The notes beneath the pieces were generated by a model. It ran no database searches and was not told where the DNA came from. It saw nothing but the letters and a program-made list of their open reading frames with translations. DNA of 46,920 nt from Methanobacteriota archaeon. Its GTDB lineage: Archaea; Thermoplasmatota; Poseidoniia; Poseidoniales; Poseidoniaceae. Below are positions 1 through 9,094 of the stretch, piece by piece; positions within the stretch are counted from its first letter, which is position 1; the number at the start of each line of letters is the position of its first letter. Made by a program: the position numbers and the translations under genes. Where the stretch lies: assembly GCA_009937205.1 (NCBI GenBank), contig JAACCR010000065.1:1-46920 (forward strand), given 5' to 3'.

Positions 1-97
1 ATATTATTCCATCTATTCTTTTCGTGAGGTTGATAAGGGTCCGATTGCAGGAAGGAATTGCGGCTCAAAGTTCAATAGGTGTCGCCACCGAGGAAGA

Positions 98-727
98 TTG
101 ATGATGATGGATACACCACCGAATGTCGTAAAGACTGGAACAAGCACAATTGGGATTACTTTTGCCGACGGAGTCGTTGTTGGCGCTGATCATAGAGCAA
201 CTATGGGGCACTTTATTGCAAACAAGAATGTGCAGAAGCTATTCCAAATCGGAAAAAACCTCGCTCTAACAACTGCAGGTCTCGTAGGTCATGCACAATC
301 ACTTTCAAGAACTCTATCAGCAGAAATTTCTCTGTTTGAACTTCGTCGGCAACAGCCAATGACTGTCAAAGGTGCTGCGACAATGACAGCAAATATTCTA
401 GTCGGCAAACCTCACTGGGTACAATTATTGATTGTAGGTGTGGATGAAGATGGTGGCCATGTATACTCTATCGACTCCGCAGGCGGCTCTATTCCTGATT
501 CCTATTGCGCTACTGGTTCAGGCTCTCCATACATGTATGGTGTCCTAGAAGACAATTTTACAGAGGGCATGAATAGAAGCGAAGCATTGAAACTCGCGGC
601 ACGCGCCCTTCACGCATCGGGGCAGCGTGATGCAGCCTCCGGCAACGGTATGGATTTGGCAGTAATTACTGCCAAAGACGGCTACCAGCAAGTCTCTGAG
701 CAAGAGATCTCCAAACTACTCAAGTGA
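98..727 (+). CDS. psmB: 20S proteasome subunit beta (Ntn hydrolase)
   Basis: 209-aa ORF. A short propeptide precedes G|TSTIGITFADGVVVGADHRAT, with Thr1, Asp17 and Lys33 at canonical spacing. A TTG/ATG start cluster follows GAGGAAG. Confidence 0.9.
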   Translation: MMMMDTPPNVVKTGTSTIGITFADGVVVGADHRATMGHFIANKNVQKLFQIGKNLALTTAGLVGHAQSLSRTLSAEISLFELRRQQPMTVKGAATMTANILVGKPHWVQLLIVGVDEDGGHVYSIDSAGGSIPDSYCATGSGSPYMYGVLEDNFTEGMNRSEALKLAARALHASGQRDAASGNGMDLAVITAKDGYQQVSEQEISKLLK

Positions 728-814
728 GTATATTCCAATTCCCGCAACTCCATGTTGCAACCACGCTGAGTGGGTACTGCCAATTTATTGGGCGGAGTGG
801 GAGAAGGTGAGTTA

Positions 815-2719
815 ATGCGCCAAACGTTTAAACAATTAAAAGATGAAATAGCCAAGATAATCCCTGATTCAGTGGATTATTCAGTTGATTTAGAAGCCGG
901 TGACATTGTCATTGTGACTACTATGTTGGATAGATTTACAGGTTCAGAAGGATTCTTGGGTAAGATTTCTAAGACCATTAAGAAGAAAGTGATCTTAAGA
1001 CCTGATGAAAGCATAATGCTGTCAGAAGAAGAAACTACGAAAATAATCAAAGAAATAATTCCAGATGATGTGGAAATTCGACAGATTTACTTCGATGAAT
1101 GCTTACGAGAACTGATTATTCAGTGCGATAAACCAGGAAATGCAATCGGAAGAAAAGGTGCAAATATAAAAGAAATCAGAGATCAATGTGGCTGGCTGGT
1201 TAAGGTGGAAAGAACCCCACCGATTCATTCTAAGACGGTTCATGACATTCGAGGATATAGGCAAGCAAATCACAAAGAAAGGAGAAAATTATTGAAGGAC
1301 TTTGGTCTAAATATCTACAGGCCAACAAGACCAGGCCAACAATGGGCTCGTTTAACTGCCCTTGGATCCTACCGAGAGGTAGGTAGGGCTTGCCATTACA
1401 TTACAACAAACGAATCAAGGGTGATGGTTGATGTCGGGGTCAATATCGCTAGCGATACCGATCCGATGCCGTACTTCACTGCACCTGAAGCTTTACCAAT
1501 TGAGAAGTTAGATGCAGTAGTTTTGACGCATTCACATCTAGATCACGCTGGAATGCTTCCTGTTTTGTTCAAGTACGGTTACAAAGGTCCAGTTTACTGT
1601 ACACCTCCAACCCGTGATTTGATGCTTTTATTGCAGACTGATTATTTGAAAGTTAGTGGCGCTGAAGGGAAAAGATGCCCATATGAGATGGAAGATATTC
1701 GCACCTGTATGAAGCACGTGGTGGATGTCAATTGGGGAGAAACAACACAAATTACTCCAGATGTAAAATTGACTTTCTCTAATGCGGGACACATCTTAGG
1801 TTCTTCTGCAGTTCACTTGCAGATTGGTGAGGGCAAGCATAATATTGTGCTATCCGGTGACCAAAAGTACGAGAAATCATGGCTGTTCGATGCTGCAAAT
1901 ACTAGATTCCCACGCGTTGAAACTTTAGTTTTAGAATCAACATATGGTGCATCTGGAGATTATCAACCAAGCCGTCAAGAAGCGAATCAAGAATTACAGG
2001 ATATTGTTTCAAGGACACTTAGGAGAGGTGGTAAAATCATTTGTCCGGTTTTCGCAGTAGGTCGTAGTCAAGAAGTAATGATTGCAATCGATGAACTATT
2101 CCGTTCTGGTGCAGTGAAACCGGTACCAGTATGGCTCGATGGAATGATTCAGGAAGCAACAGCAATTCACGCATCACACCCAGATTATCTAACAAGTAGT
2201 CTAAGGAAATCCTTGCTACAAGATGATGGAGAAAATCCATTCACTAGTGCATGGTTTAGACCGGTAAAGGGAAGAGAGTTACGAGATAGTATTATTCATG
2301 ATTCTTCACCATGTATTGTCCTAGCAACATCTGGAATGATGAGTGGAGGACCGGTAATGGAATATTTCAAACACTGGGCTCATGAAGATAGAAACTCACT
2401 TTGTTTCGTTGGATATCAAGCAGAAGGAACTCTAGGAAGAAGATTGCAAAAAGGATTCGGAGAAGTTCCAATGGTAATAAATGGTAAAACCGAAATCGTA
2501 AAGGTTGGTTGTGAAATGCTGACAATTGATGGATTTTCAGGTCACTCCGATCGCAAACAATTGCTAGAATTCGTTGACCAAATAAACCCGAAGCCGCAGA
2601 ATATTATTTGCCACCACGGTGATTATTTCAAATGTAATGAACTTGGTAGAACTTTACGAGATCGCTACAAATGTAGAACATACGCTCCAAAGAATCTAGA
2701 AACAGTTCGTTTGATGTGA
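815..2719 (+). CDS. aCPSF1-type ribonuclease (N-terminal KH domains, metallo-beta-lactamase and beta-CASP; archaeal termination/RNA-processing factor)
   Basis: The ORF track gives 770..2719. The ATG at 815 follows GGGAGAAGGTGA and is the likelier start. KH-like GNAIGRKGANIKEI, MBL motif HSHLDHAG, and a length of about 635 aa are typical of archaeal CPSF1 homologues. Confidence 0.88.
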   Translation: MRQTFKQLKDEIAKIIPDSVDYSVDLEAGDIVIVTTMLDRFTGSEGFLGKISKTIKKKVILRPDESIMLSEEETTKIIKEIIPDDVEIRQIYFDECLRELIIQCDKPGNAIGRKGANIKEIRDQCGWLVKVERTPPIHSKTVHDIRGYRQANHKERRKLLKDFGLNIYRPTRPGQQWARLTALGSYREVGRACHYITTNESRVMVDVGVNIASDTDPMPYFTAPEALPIEKLDAVVLTHSHLDHAGMLPVLFKYGYKGPVYCTPPTRDLMLLLQTDYLKVSGAEGKRCPYEMEDIRTCMKHVVDVNWGETTQITPDVKLTFSNAGHILGSSAVHLQIGEGKHNIVLSGDQKYEKSWLFDAANTRFPRVETLVLESTYGASGDYQPSRQEANQELQDIVSRTLRRGGKIICPVFAVGRSQEVMIAIDELFRSGAVKPVPVWLDGMIQEATAIHASHPDYLTSSLRKSLLQDDGENPFTSAWFRPVKGRELRDSIIHDSSPCIVLATSGMMSGGPVMEYFKHWAHEDRNSLCFVGYQAEGTLGRRLQKGFGEVPMVINGKTEIVKVGCEMLTIDGFSGHSDRKQLLEFVDQINPKPQNIICHHGDYFKCNELGRTLRDRYKCRTYAPKNLETVRLM

Positions 2720-3025
2720 TCACATCAAGGGAATATCGTAGCCAGATTGAATTGGATCTGGGATTGCTGTTTGAGTTTCTTCAATTGAAGTTTGTCCAGT
2801 ATTACTAGTTTTAGTCGCTATGTGATTTAGCCCAGCACTAGAAGAGGGTGAATTGTTTTTCTTTTCACTTGCTAATGTTGATGTTAACAATATCAAAACA
2901 ATTGAAAATATGACTGCTGGAAGTATTAAATTATAGTTTTTTGTGGTGACTACATGTTGAGCAAAAATCAAAATCACAAAAAGAATGATGGCTAATGACA
3001 TCATTCGTCTAGAAAGCAGTTCCAC
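2720..3025 (-). CDS. Hypothetical small membrane protein (two TM segments, Ser/Thr-rich tail)
   Basis: 101-aa ORF with hydrophobic stretches LAIILFVILIFAQ and LILPAVIFSIVLILLTS. It converges directly on the aCPSF1 stop. I recognise no family. Confidence 0.4.
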   Translation of the reverse strand: MELLSRRMMSLAIILFVILIFAQHVVTTKNYNLILPAVIFSIVLILLTSTLASEKKNNSPSSSAGLNHIATKTSNTGQTSIEETQTAIPDPIQSGYDIPLM

Positions 3026-3076
3026 AATGTCGGGTGAACCACTCTATTCATGAACCTGTTGCACCTCTGCTAACTC

Positions 3077-3748
3077 ATGATATCATCAACGAACCCTCAA
3101 CAATCCTCCGCCGCTTGCCCAGGATGGCTGATGACTGCCGTCGCTCCTTGGGGTGAAAATGAAGAAGATGCATTTGACCAAGGTCTAGTTGAATTAGGTC
3201 TGGGAGATGCGCGTTTAATCCAAGTAAAGGGAGCCATGTTACCATTAGGATTTGAAGCCGTACCTCCACAAGCATTGCCGATGGGTTCCTTAGTAGAATG
3301 CCATTTAGCAACATCATTTGCATGGAGTGGTGCTAGTGCATGCGCTGGTGTTGCATGGGCATTTTGTCAGACACCTGAAGGAGATGAATGCGCAATTGTT
3401 GCAACGATATCAACGAATTTAGATTATGATGAAACGTCATTATTACTGCGAAGAAATTTACAACGAAGACTCGCGAGTAGGGATTTAGAAGTTGTTTCAT
3501 TTGATTTAGCAGTTGATGAAGTTACAGCTGCCGGTGACCACCATGGCGTTGCAATGGCTGCACTGATTTTACCTAATTCATTATCACTTGGAGCAAATAC
3601 TGCTACTGGTCCTGTTCGAGGCGGATTAACTCGCCAAGCATCCGATTCTGCGGTTAATCGTGTTGAGGTTAAAGCACCCGCTGCACCTGCATTGAGACCG
3701 GGTGGAAGAAAGCCAAATATTTCTGGAGATACAGATTTTTCACTCTAA
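3077..3748 (+). CDS. Pyruvoyl-dependent arginine decarboxylase (PdaD)-like protein lacking the pyruvoyl-forming Ser, with a low-complexity C-terminal extension
   Basis: GENEEDAFDQGLVELGLGDARLIQVKGAMLPLGFEAVPPQALPMGSLV aligns by eye to the PdaD block ...[26 protein letters not shown]...LPMGALV. The Ser-Ser cleavage site is replaced by Lys-Gly. The start may be the internal Met of MTAVAPWG. Confidence 0.6.
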   Translation: MISSTNPQQSSAACPGWLMTAVAPWGENEEDAFDQGLVELGLGDARLIQVKGAMLPLGFEAVPPQALPMGSLVECHLATSFAWSGASACAGVAWAFCQTPEGDECAIVATISTNLDYDETSLLLRRNLQRRLASRDLEVVSFDLAVDEVTAAGDHHGVAMAALILPNSLSLGANTATGPVRGGLTRQASDSAVNRVEVKAPAAPALRPGGRKPNISGDTDFSL

Positions 3749-3778
3749 TTAATTAAGTCTTGATTGGGTTTGAGAATT

Positions 3779-4216
3779 ATGCAAGGAAAACAATGGATAG
3801 TTGTTCGTTGCCGTGCGTGCAAAATCTGTCATGGTTCAAATGGTAATTACAAGAGGTGTCCGCACTGTGGAAATGTGATCGGTGAAAATGCAGAAATTGT
3901 ATCAACAGTTAATTCTGAGACAGAACTTAGAATGGAAGTTGCAATTGCCAATACTCCTGAGGAATTGCGGGGTACTCTGAGGAAAAAATTGCAATCGACC
4001 GAAGCACTTGTCCAGAATTCAGACCCACCCGCATTCACTATGGCTAAATGGGTACATCAATCAGCTGATGAAAACGGTGAAGTTACTATTCATTCAGTAA
4101 CTACAACGATAGAATCTAAAAACACCGATATTGACCCTGAAGATTTGATTTCTATGGCAGAAACGCAAGGTATGTTACTCCGTATTGGCAAAAACCGCTG
4201 GACTCTTCTTGAGTGA
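3779..4216 (+). CDS. Zinc-ribbon protein (CxxC...CxxC N-terminus), function unknown
   Basis: The ORF track starts at TTG 3764; the first ATG is at 3779. The N-terminus RCRACKICHGSNGNYKRCPHCGN is a 4-Cys ribbon, followed by a roughly 110-aa acidic domain. Confidence 0.55.
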   Translation: MQGKQWIVVRCRACKICHGSNGNYKRCPHCGNVIGENAEIVSTVNSETELRMEVAIANTPEELRGTLRKKLQSTEALVQNSDPPAFTMAKWVHQSADENGEVTIHSVTTTIESKNTDIDPEDLISMAETQGMLLRIGKNRWTLLE

Positions 4217-4250
4217 AGTTCATATGGTAAAGGCTGTGGCAAAGAATCAA

Positions 4251-4325
4251 GGGCGTATGGGTTAGTTTGGCCTATACTCGGGCGTTTGGGACGCTTGGAC
4301 CCAAGTTCAAATCTTGGTACGCCCA
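4251..4325 (+). tRNA. tRNA-Pro (anticodon UGG)
   Basis: Hand-folded cloverleaf. Acceptor GGGCGTA/TACGCCC, anticodon stem GGGCG/CGCTT with loop TT-TGG-GA, T arm CCAAG-TTCAAAT-CTTGG, discriminator A. No encoded CCA. Confidence 0.9.
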
Positions 4326-4366
4326 CTTTATTGATATTGCCAATAGTCTAATGACTATGCATTTAC

Positions 4367-4702
4367 TCAGTCCTTATCTGGTAATGTTATCGAGTGAACC
4401 CAAATAATGTGGAATCCAAATTGGGTTTTGATAAAACGTTGTGGAATAGTTTCTGGCTGCATAGACCAAACTTCTTCTTCAAAATCCTGAACCATTTGTC
4501 CTTCAACAAATTCTCCTAAATCTCCTTTTTTTGAGCCACTAGAGCAAGTAGAGTATTTTTTTGCTAACTTTTTGAACTCTTTCAAGGGCTTCTTTGCTCC
4601 TTGTATCGCATCAAGACATTCCTTTGCATCAGGCTTGTTAGCAACCAATATATGACGGACATGAGCAAGTCTTGGTTTCCTTCTTCTATCATGTCTACGC
4701 AT
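4367..4702 (-). CDS. Parvulin-type peptidyl-prolyl cis-trans isomerase (PpiC family) with a basic N-terminal extension
   Basis: 111 aa. Contains ARHILV-type HVRHILV, KKYSTCSSGSKKGDLGEFVEGQMVQDFEE and TQFGFHIIWV, which are hallmark parvulin blocks. The N-terminus is MRRHDRRRKPR. Confidence 0.85.
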   Translation of the reverse strand: MRRHDRRRKPRLAHVRHILVANKPDAKECLDAIQGAKKPLKEFKKLAKKYSTCSSGSKKGDLGEFVEGQMVQDFEEEVWSMQPETIPQRFIKTQFGFHIIWVHSITLPDKD

Positions 4703-4737
4703 TGATTAAACCCCCTTGGTTGTAAAGCACTGACATC

Positions 4738-5679
4738 TCATTCTATGTCAACCCTCAGTTCCTGTTTGACGGCTACAGCCATTCTATCAAAAAGATGTGC
4801 ACATAGCCAAGCGAAAGTCACGATGATTACTATTGGTATTCCTAGTTCCACTAAAGAACGTTCTAAATCGGTTGAGATTCCTGGAATCAAGGCCAGCCAA
4901 CCGATGCAATATGAAATACAAGCGAAAATTGTGTGAGGTGAAACTTGGCGGGAAAATAGCCAAGAGAAGTTTCTAACATGGTGTTGTATAATCATCATTA
5001 GTCCGACTTTGAAAAAAAATGAGGTACTATTTATCCCTGAAGTTTGATCTCCATAAATTGCTCTGACAGGATGGTGTTCTATTTTCCATCCATATTTTGC
5101 TAACTGTATTAACCAGTAATTTGGATATCCGTATCCCTTCCAAGACTTGTTCCAATTCCAATTGCGCAGAACCGTATCACTTGTTGCAGTATATCCACAT
5201 TGAGGATCAGATATTGTTTGACCAGCCGCTAGAGTGGTGAAAAAGGACAGTAATATGGTTGCTAGCCTACGAATCAAAGGCATTTCTCTAAGCCCATCAC
5301 TATGTAAAAGCCGATCTCCTTTGATATGTTCACCTTTGCCGGAGATTACATTTCCAACTAAACCCTCAAGGTCATCTGGGTCCATTTGGCCATCTCCAGC
5401 CATTACGGCACTAACAAACTTTGAATCCGCAAATAGTTGGATTAGTTTTTGATGGCCTGTATCAATTGCATTTCCTACTCCAAACCCTCCTAATGTGATT
5501 ATGGTTACTTCTGCACTACATTTTGTAGAACTTGCAATTTCAGCCGTACCATCGGATGAACCGTCATCAATTACGATCACATGGTCAACAAATGGAGGTA
5601 TTGTCGAAACAACACGCCCAATGTGGCTAGATTCATTACGAGCGGGAATGACTACGCCAATGCCCCACCCTTGCAACAT
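4738..5679 (-). CDS. Family 2 glycosyltransferase with C-terminal TM segments (dolichyl-phosphate sugar synthase-like)
   Basis: VVIPARNESSHIG, VIVIDDGSSDGT and MAGDGQMDPDDL are GT2 signatures; the C-terminus is hydrophobic. The ORF track extends to TTG 5718, and ATG 5679 (MLQGWGIGVVIPARNE) is the likelier start. Confidence 0.8.
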   Translation of the reverse strand: MLQGWGIGVVIPARNESSHIGRVVSTIPPFVDHVIVIDDGSSDGTAEIASSTKCSAEVTIITLGGFGVGNAIDTGHQKLIQLFADSKFVSAVMAGDGQMDPDDLEGLVGNVISGKGEHIKGDRLLHSDGLREMPLIRRLATILLSFFTTLAAGQTISDPQCGYTATSDTVLRNWNWNKSWKGYGYPNYWLIQLAKYGWKIEHHPVRAIYGDQTSGINSTSFFFKVGLMMIIQHHVRNFSWLFSRQVSPHTIFACISYCIGWLALIPGISTDLERSLVELGIPIVIIVTFAWLCAHLFDRMAVAVKQELRVDIE

Positions 5680-5784
5680 GAATTGACGTGGGGCTGTCCA
5701 ACCTATAACTAAGCGCAAAATCTAATCTCCGTTTTGGAAAATGATTAAAGGAATCCACATTGAAATTAATTTTGCTAGGTATAA

Positions 5785-6645
5785 TTGATAGAGGAAGAAA
5801 GGCACAGTGGTTTTGTGAGCAATGAATTACGGGTCATCTTGATCGGTCGCGATGTAGAATTGCGAGTCATTTCACTGATAGTTCGTTGCCGTTCCGTAGC
5901 AGATGAGGTTATTTTCCTCGATTTGGGGTCAAATGACGAGACTGTTGAACTGGCATCGGAAGTAGATTGCCCAGTTTTAAATTATGACGATGAATTGGAA
6001 ACAGCCAAAATTGTTAATTTTTTGCGTAATAGCAAATTAGAGGAAATTGCCAGTACTCTTCTAATTCATATCACACCAAGCTGGAAACTTCGGGATTTGC
6101 CACTAACGGTCAATAGAGCGCGGGATAATTGGGATTTGCATATAGCCGTAAAGGGTGCTGGTAAGGAAAATATCAATACAGAAGAAATCGTATTATCAAG
6201 TGTTGAATTTAATCATCTTGTATTTACTCCTAAAGGAATGGAAGCTTTGTCTAATTTGAGTCCACTTGCTAATGCTATGGATTTGCCAGAAAACCTCAGA
6301 GTGAGAGTAGTTAGTTCTAATTCACCGGTAGGCTTGCCGCAACGTGAGTCTCTAGCGACCGCAAGTCGCTTCGCTCAACTATTCTATTGGATGATAGAAT
6401 CCAAACACCCTTCGTTCTTATTCGGAATTCCTGGAATTGTTTTATTCGTATTGGGATATAAATTATCAGGCAATGTTGTTGATACCTTCGATGAGTTGAA
6501 TTCAACATCCATAGGTGTTACATTATCTGTTATTGCGATGACAATGATCGGATTATTTGCAATGATGGTCGCACTGATCCTCTATATCATGGGTAAACAA
6601 GCAGAGCAGATACAATCTCAATATGATTGGAAAAACAAGGATTGA
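5785..6645 (+). CDS. GT2-like membrane protein with degenerate catalytic motifs
   Basis: 286 aa. EVIFLDLGSNDETVELA sits where GT2 enzymes have xxDDGSxDxT. The C-terminal TM pair (FLFGIPGIVLFVLGY, IAMTMIGLFAMMVALILYI) is typical of GtrB/DPM-like enzymes. Start uncertain (TTG 5785 or GTG 5812). Confidence 0.5.
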   Translation: MIEEERHSGFVSNELRVILIGRDVELRVISLIVRCRSVADEVIFLDLGSNDETVELASEVDCPVLNYDDELETAKIVNFLRNSKLEEIASTLLIHITPSWKLRDLPLTVNRARDNWDLHIAVKGAGKENINTEEIVLSSVEFNHLVFTPKGMEALSNLSPLANAMDLPENLRVRVVSSNSPVGLPQRESLATASRFAQLFYWMIESKHPSFLFGIPGIVLFVLGYKLSGNVVDTFDELNSTSIGVTLSVIAMTMIGLFAMMVALILYIMGKQAEQIQSQYDWKNKD

Positions 6646-6654
6646 GAGAATCTA

Positions 6655-7431
6655 ATGGGTGATAATATGGGTGAGTACAGAGGATTAGTATGTCTTGATA
6701 TGGACCGTGTTCTAGTAGATCACCTTTCTACGTGGCAATATGTCTATGATAAGTTAGGAATAAATAATGATGAATCGTTTGAACTTTACAATCAGGGATT
6801 ACTCAATGAATGGGACTGGATAAAGTTGGACATTGCTCTTCTAAAAGGTAGCAGAAGTGCACCTGATAAAGTATTGACAGATTCAGAAATGAGAGGGCAT
6901 CTATTAGGTGCTCCTATGATGAATAATTATAACAAACTGATTACAACTTTAATTGATAATAATTTCGCAGTAGCAATAGTAAGTGGTGGCTTACAACAAA
7001 CGGCAAGAGATATTGCGGCCGAATTTCCAAGTGACAAAAAGTGGAGAAAGCGATGGGGCGGAATCGACCGCCATACCAGTGAAAGAATTTGTTCTGGATT
7101 TGATACTAAACTTCATGTTTTTACCAATGGGTGGTTAGTTGGAAAGGCGTTGCCCAATGGAGATCATGAGTTAGATGATTTTGGTAGATATCAAGTTCAG
7201 ATGAATGGTAAAGGTGCGATAGTGAAAATGCTTCAAAGAAGATTGGGCATTAGCAAAGATAGAACTGCATCAGTCGGTGATTCTGCCGGAGACATAGGAA
7301 TGTTTGCAGAATCTAAATTAGCAATTTGTTTCAATCCCTGGGATGATAGGCCAAAAGAGCATGCCGATGTTGTTGTTGATGAAAAAGATCTTTCAATAGT
7401 GTTAGATTTAATCCTAAATGCCATAAATTAG
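6655..7431 (+). CDS. HAD-superfamily phosphatase (phosphoserine phosphatase-like)
   Basis: Motif I LVCLDMDRVLVD (DxD), VSGG, and motif IV VGDSAGDIGMF. Confidence 0.75.
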   Translation: MGDNMGEYRGLVCLDMDRVLVDHLSTWQYVYDKLGINNDESFELYNQGLLNEWDWIKLDIALLKGSRSAPDKVLTDSEMRGHLLGAPMMNNYNKLITTLIDNNFAVAIVSGGLQQTARDIAAEFPSDKKWRKRWGGIDRHTSERICSGFDTKLHVFTNGWLVGKALPNGDHELDDFGRYQVQMNGKGAIVKMLQRRLGISKDRTASVGDSAGDIGMFAESKLAICFNPWDDRPKEHADVVVDEKDLSIVLDLILNAIN

Positions 7432-7479
7432 GGTTTTTGTGCAAGAATTGATAACTTCGCCACCACATAGCGTGTATCA

Positions 7480-7593
7480 ATGAACGGTATTGAGGACATT
7501 TTTATTTCATCATTTTGCCCGCATTGTGGATTTATGTTGGGCGAATTTGTACCTGGATTACCGTGCCCTCATTGCGGGGAGCCACTCATCTAA
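7480..7593 (+). CDS. Small zinc-ribbon protein (37 aa), not in the ORF track
   Basis: ATG..TAA ORF read by hand: MNGIEDIFISSFCPHCGFMLGEFVPGLPCPHCGEPLI, with two CPHCG knuckles. It fills the gap between the HAD gene and asnS. Confidence 0.4.
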   Translation: MNGIEDIFISSFCPHCGFMLGEFVPGLPCPHCGEPLI

Positions 7594-7598
7594 GTGCA

Positions 7599-8948
7599 TC
7601 AAGGTGAAACTCTTCGTGAATCTCTAGGGAATGGAATTACTTCCCTAATGTGGTCTGCACCAGTTAGCCAAGAACATACTCGATCAACGCCGAGTCCGAA
7701 TCCGCCATGAGGAACTCCACCGTACGATCTAGTATCGATGTAAAATTGGTATGCTGCCTTATCAGTCCCCTCTTCATCAAGTCGAGCAAGTAATTCTGCT
7801 TCTGACCAAGTTCTTTCACCACCACCAATGATTTCTCCATATCCTTCAGGTGCTAATAGGTCGTGACAAAGAACATATTTTTCCTCATCTGGATCAACTC
7901 TGTGGTAGAATGGTTTTGCAATCTTTGGATAATGGGTTAGGAAGTGTGGGACGTCAAAGTCTTGAGTCAATACCTTCTCCTTTGAATAATCTAAGTCTTG
8001 GCCCCATTCGACATCAACTCCCATACCCTGCAATGTTTCAACCGCTTCATCATATCTCATTCTAGGATATGGACTATCAGCGTATCTTGCTATCAGTTCA
8101 AGGTCTCTGCCAATGCTTTCAAGTTCAGTTGAACGGTTTTCAAGCAGGTCACTTGCAATCTTTCTAACGACACCTTCTCCATGAGACATTATCTCATCAT
8201 TGGTAGCCCATGCAACTTCCATTTCAGCGTGCCAAAACTCAGTTAAATGTCTTCTAGTGCGTGACTTTTCTGCACGGAATGAGGGGGCGATTGTGTATAA
8301 TCGTTCTAATGCAGGCATTGCTGCTTCTGCATAGAGTTGCCATGATTGGGTCAGGTACACCTTTCTTTCAGGATTCTTTTCCGTTGGAAAATATGGGACC
8401 TCAAACAAGGTGCTTCCACCTTCAACTGCACCTGCGACAAAATTAGGTGCTTGATATTCAGTAAAGTCTAGGTCTCTAAAGTAATTATGAATTGCCCCGA
8501 ATACAGTGCTGCGCATTTGTAACATCGAAGTCATTCTAGAAGTTCTAAGGTAGAGGTGGCGATTGTCAAGTAGAAACTCAGTCTCTCCACCATCAGCAGC
8601 TTTCATTGCCGATTCGGTAATTGGGAATGGATGTTCAGGATTTACACTACCCACTATTACAATTGAACTGGCAACCATTTCATGCCCACCATCTGCTCTC
8701 TCATCAGCATTTATCATACCAGTTATTTTTATTGATGATTCAATAAGTGCACCCTTTACTTGTTCAAATGATTCCTCGCCGATGGCATCTTTCTTGACAA
8801 CGCATTGAATTACTCCAGTAGAATCTCGTAATACTACGAAGCGGATTTTATTAGAACCACGGCTACGCTTTACCCAGCCCATTAATTCTACTTCTTGTCC
8901 GTCATATTTTCCGGCTTGGACATCGCCGATAAAGATGGTCTTTACCAT
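7599..8948 (-). CDS. asnS: Asparagine--tRNA ligase (class IIb)
   Basis: 449 aa. Motif 2 FRAEKSRTRRHLTEFWHAEMEVAW is the Asn-type version (FRAE-S-T-RHL-EFW). Motif 3 GGFGLGVDRVCSWLTG is present, the C-terminus ends ...IPFPR, and there is an N-terminal OB fold. Confidence 0.85.
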   Translation of the reverse strand: MVKTIFIGDVQAGKYDGQEVELMGWVKRSRGSNKIRFVVLRDSTGVIQCVVKKDAIGEESFEQVKGALIESSIKITGMINADERADGGHEMVASSIVIVGSVNPEHPFPITESAMKAADGGETEFLLDNRHLYLRTSRMTSMLQMRSTVFGAIHNYFRDLDFTEYQAPNFVAGAVEGGSTLFEVPYFPTEKNPERKVYLTQSWQLYAEAAMPALERLYTIAPSFRAEKSRTRRHLTEFWHAEMEVAWATNDEIMSHGEGVVRKIASDLLENRSTELESIGRDLELIARYADSPYPRMRYDEAVETLQGMGVDVEWGQDLDYSKEKVLTQDFDVPHFLTHYPKIAKPFYHRVDPDEEKYVLCHDLLAPEGYGEIIGGGERTWSEAELLARLDEEGTDKAAYQFYIDTRSYGGVPHGGFGLGVDRVCSWLTGADHIREVIPFPRDSRRVSP

Positions 8949-9094
8949 ATTCGCACCGGTTCTTCCTATAGCGCCTCGTAATTCAAGTTCACCCTCTACA
9001 ATACATCAATGGAAATAAAAAACAATAGCCAAAATGGCCACTAGTTACATCATTTATAGCAAAGTGTCAAAACGGAGTATTGTAAATTGTTACC

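Noticed and set aside
4090-4326. A 78-aa minus-strand ORF downstream of the zinc-ribbon gene.
   Set aside because: It runs antisense through the tRNA-Pro gene (4251..4325) and the 3' end of the plus-strand CDS. The tRNA fold is unambiguous.
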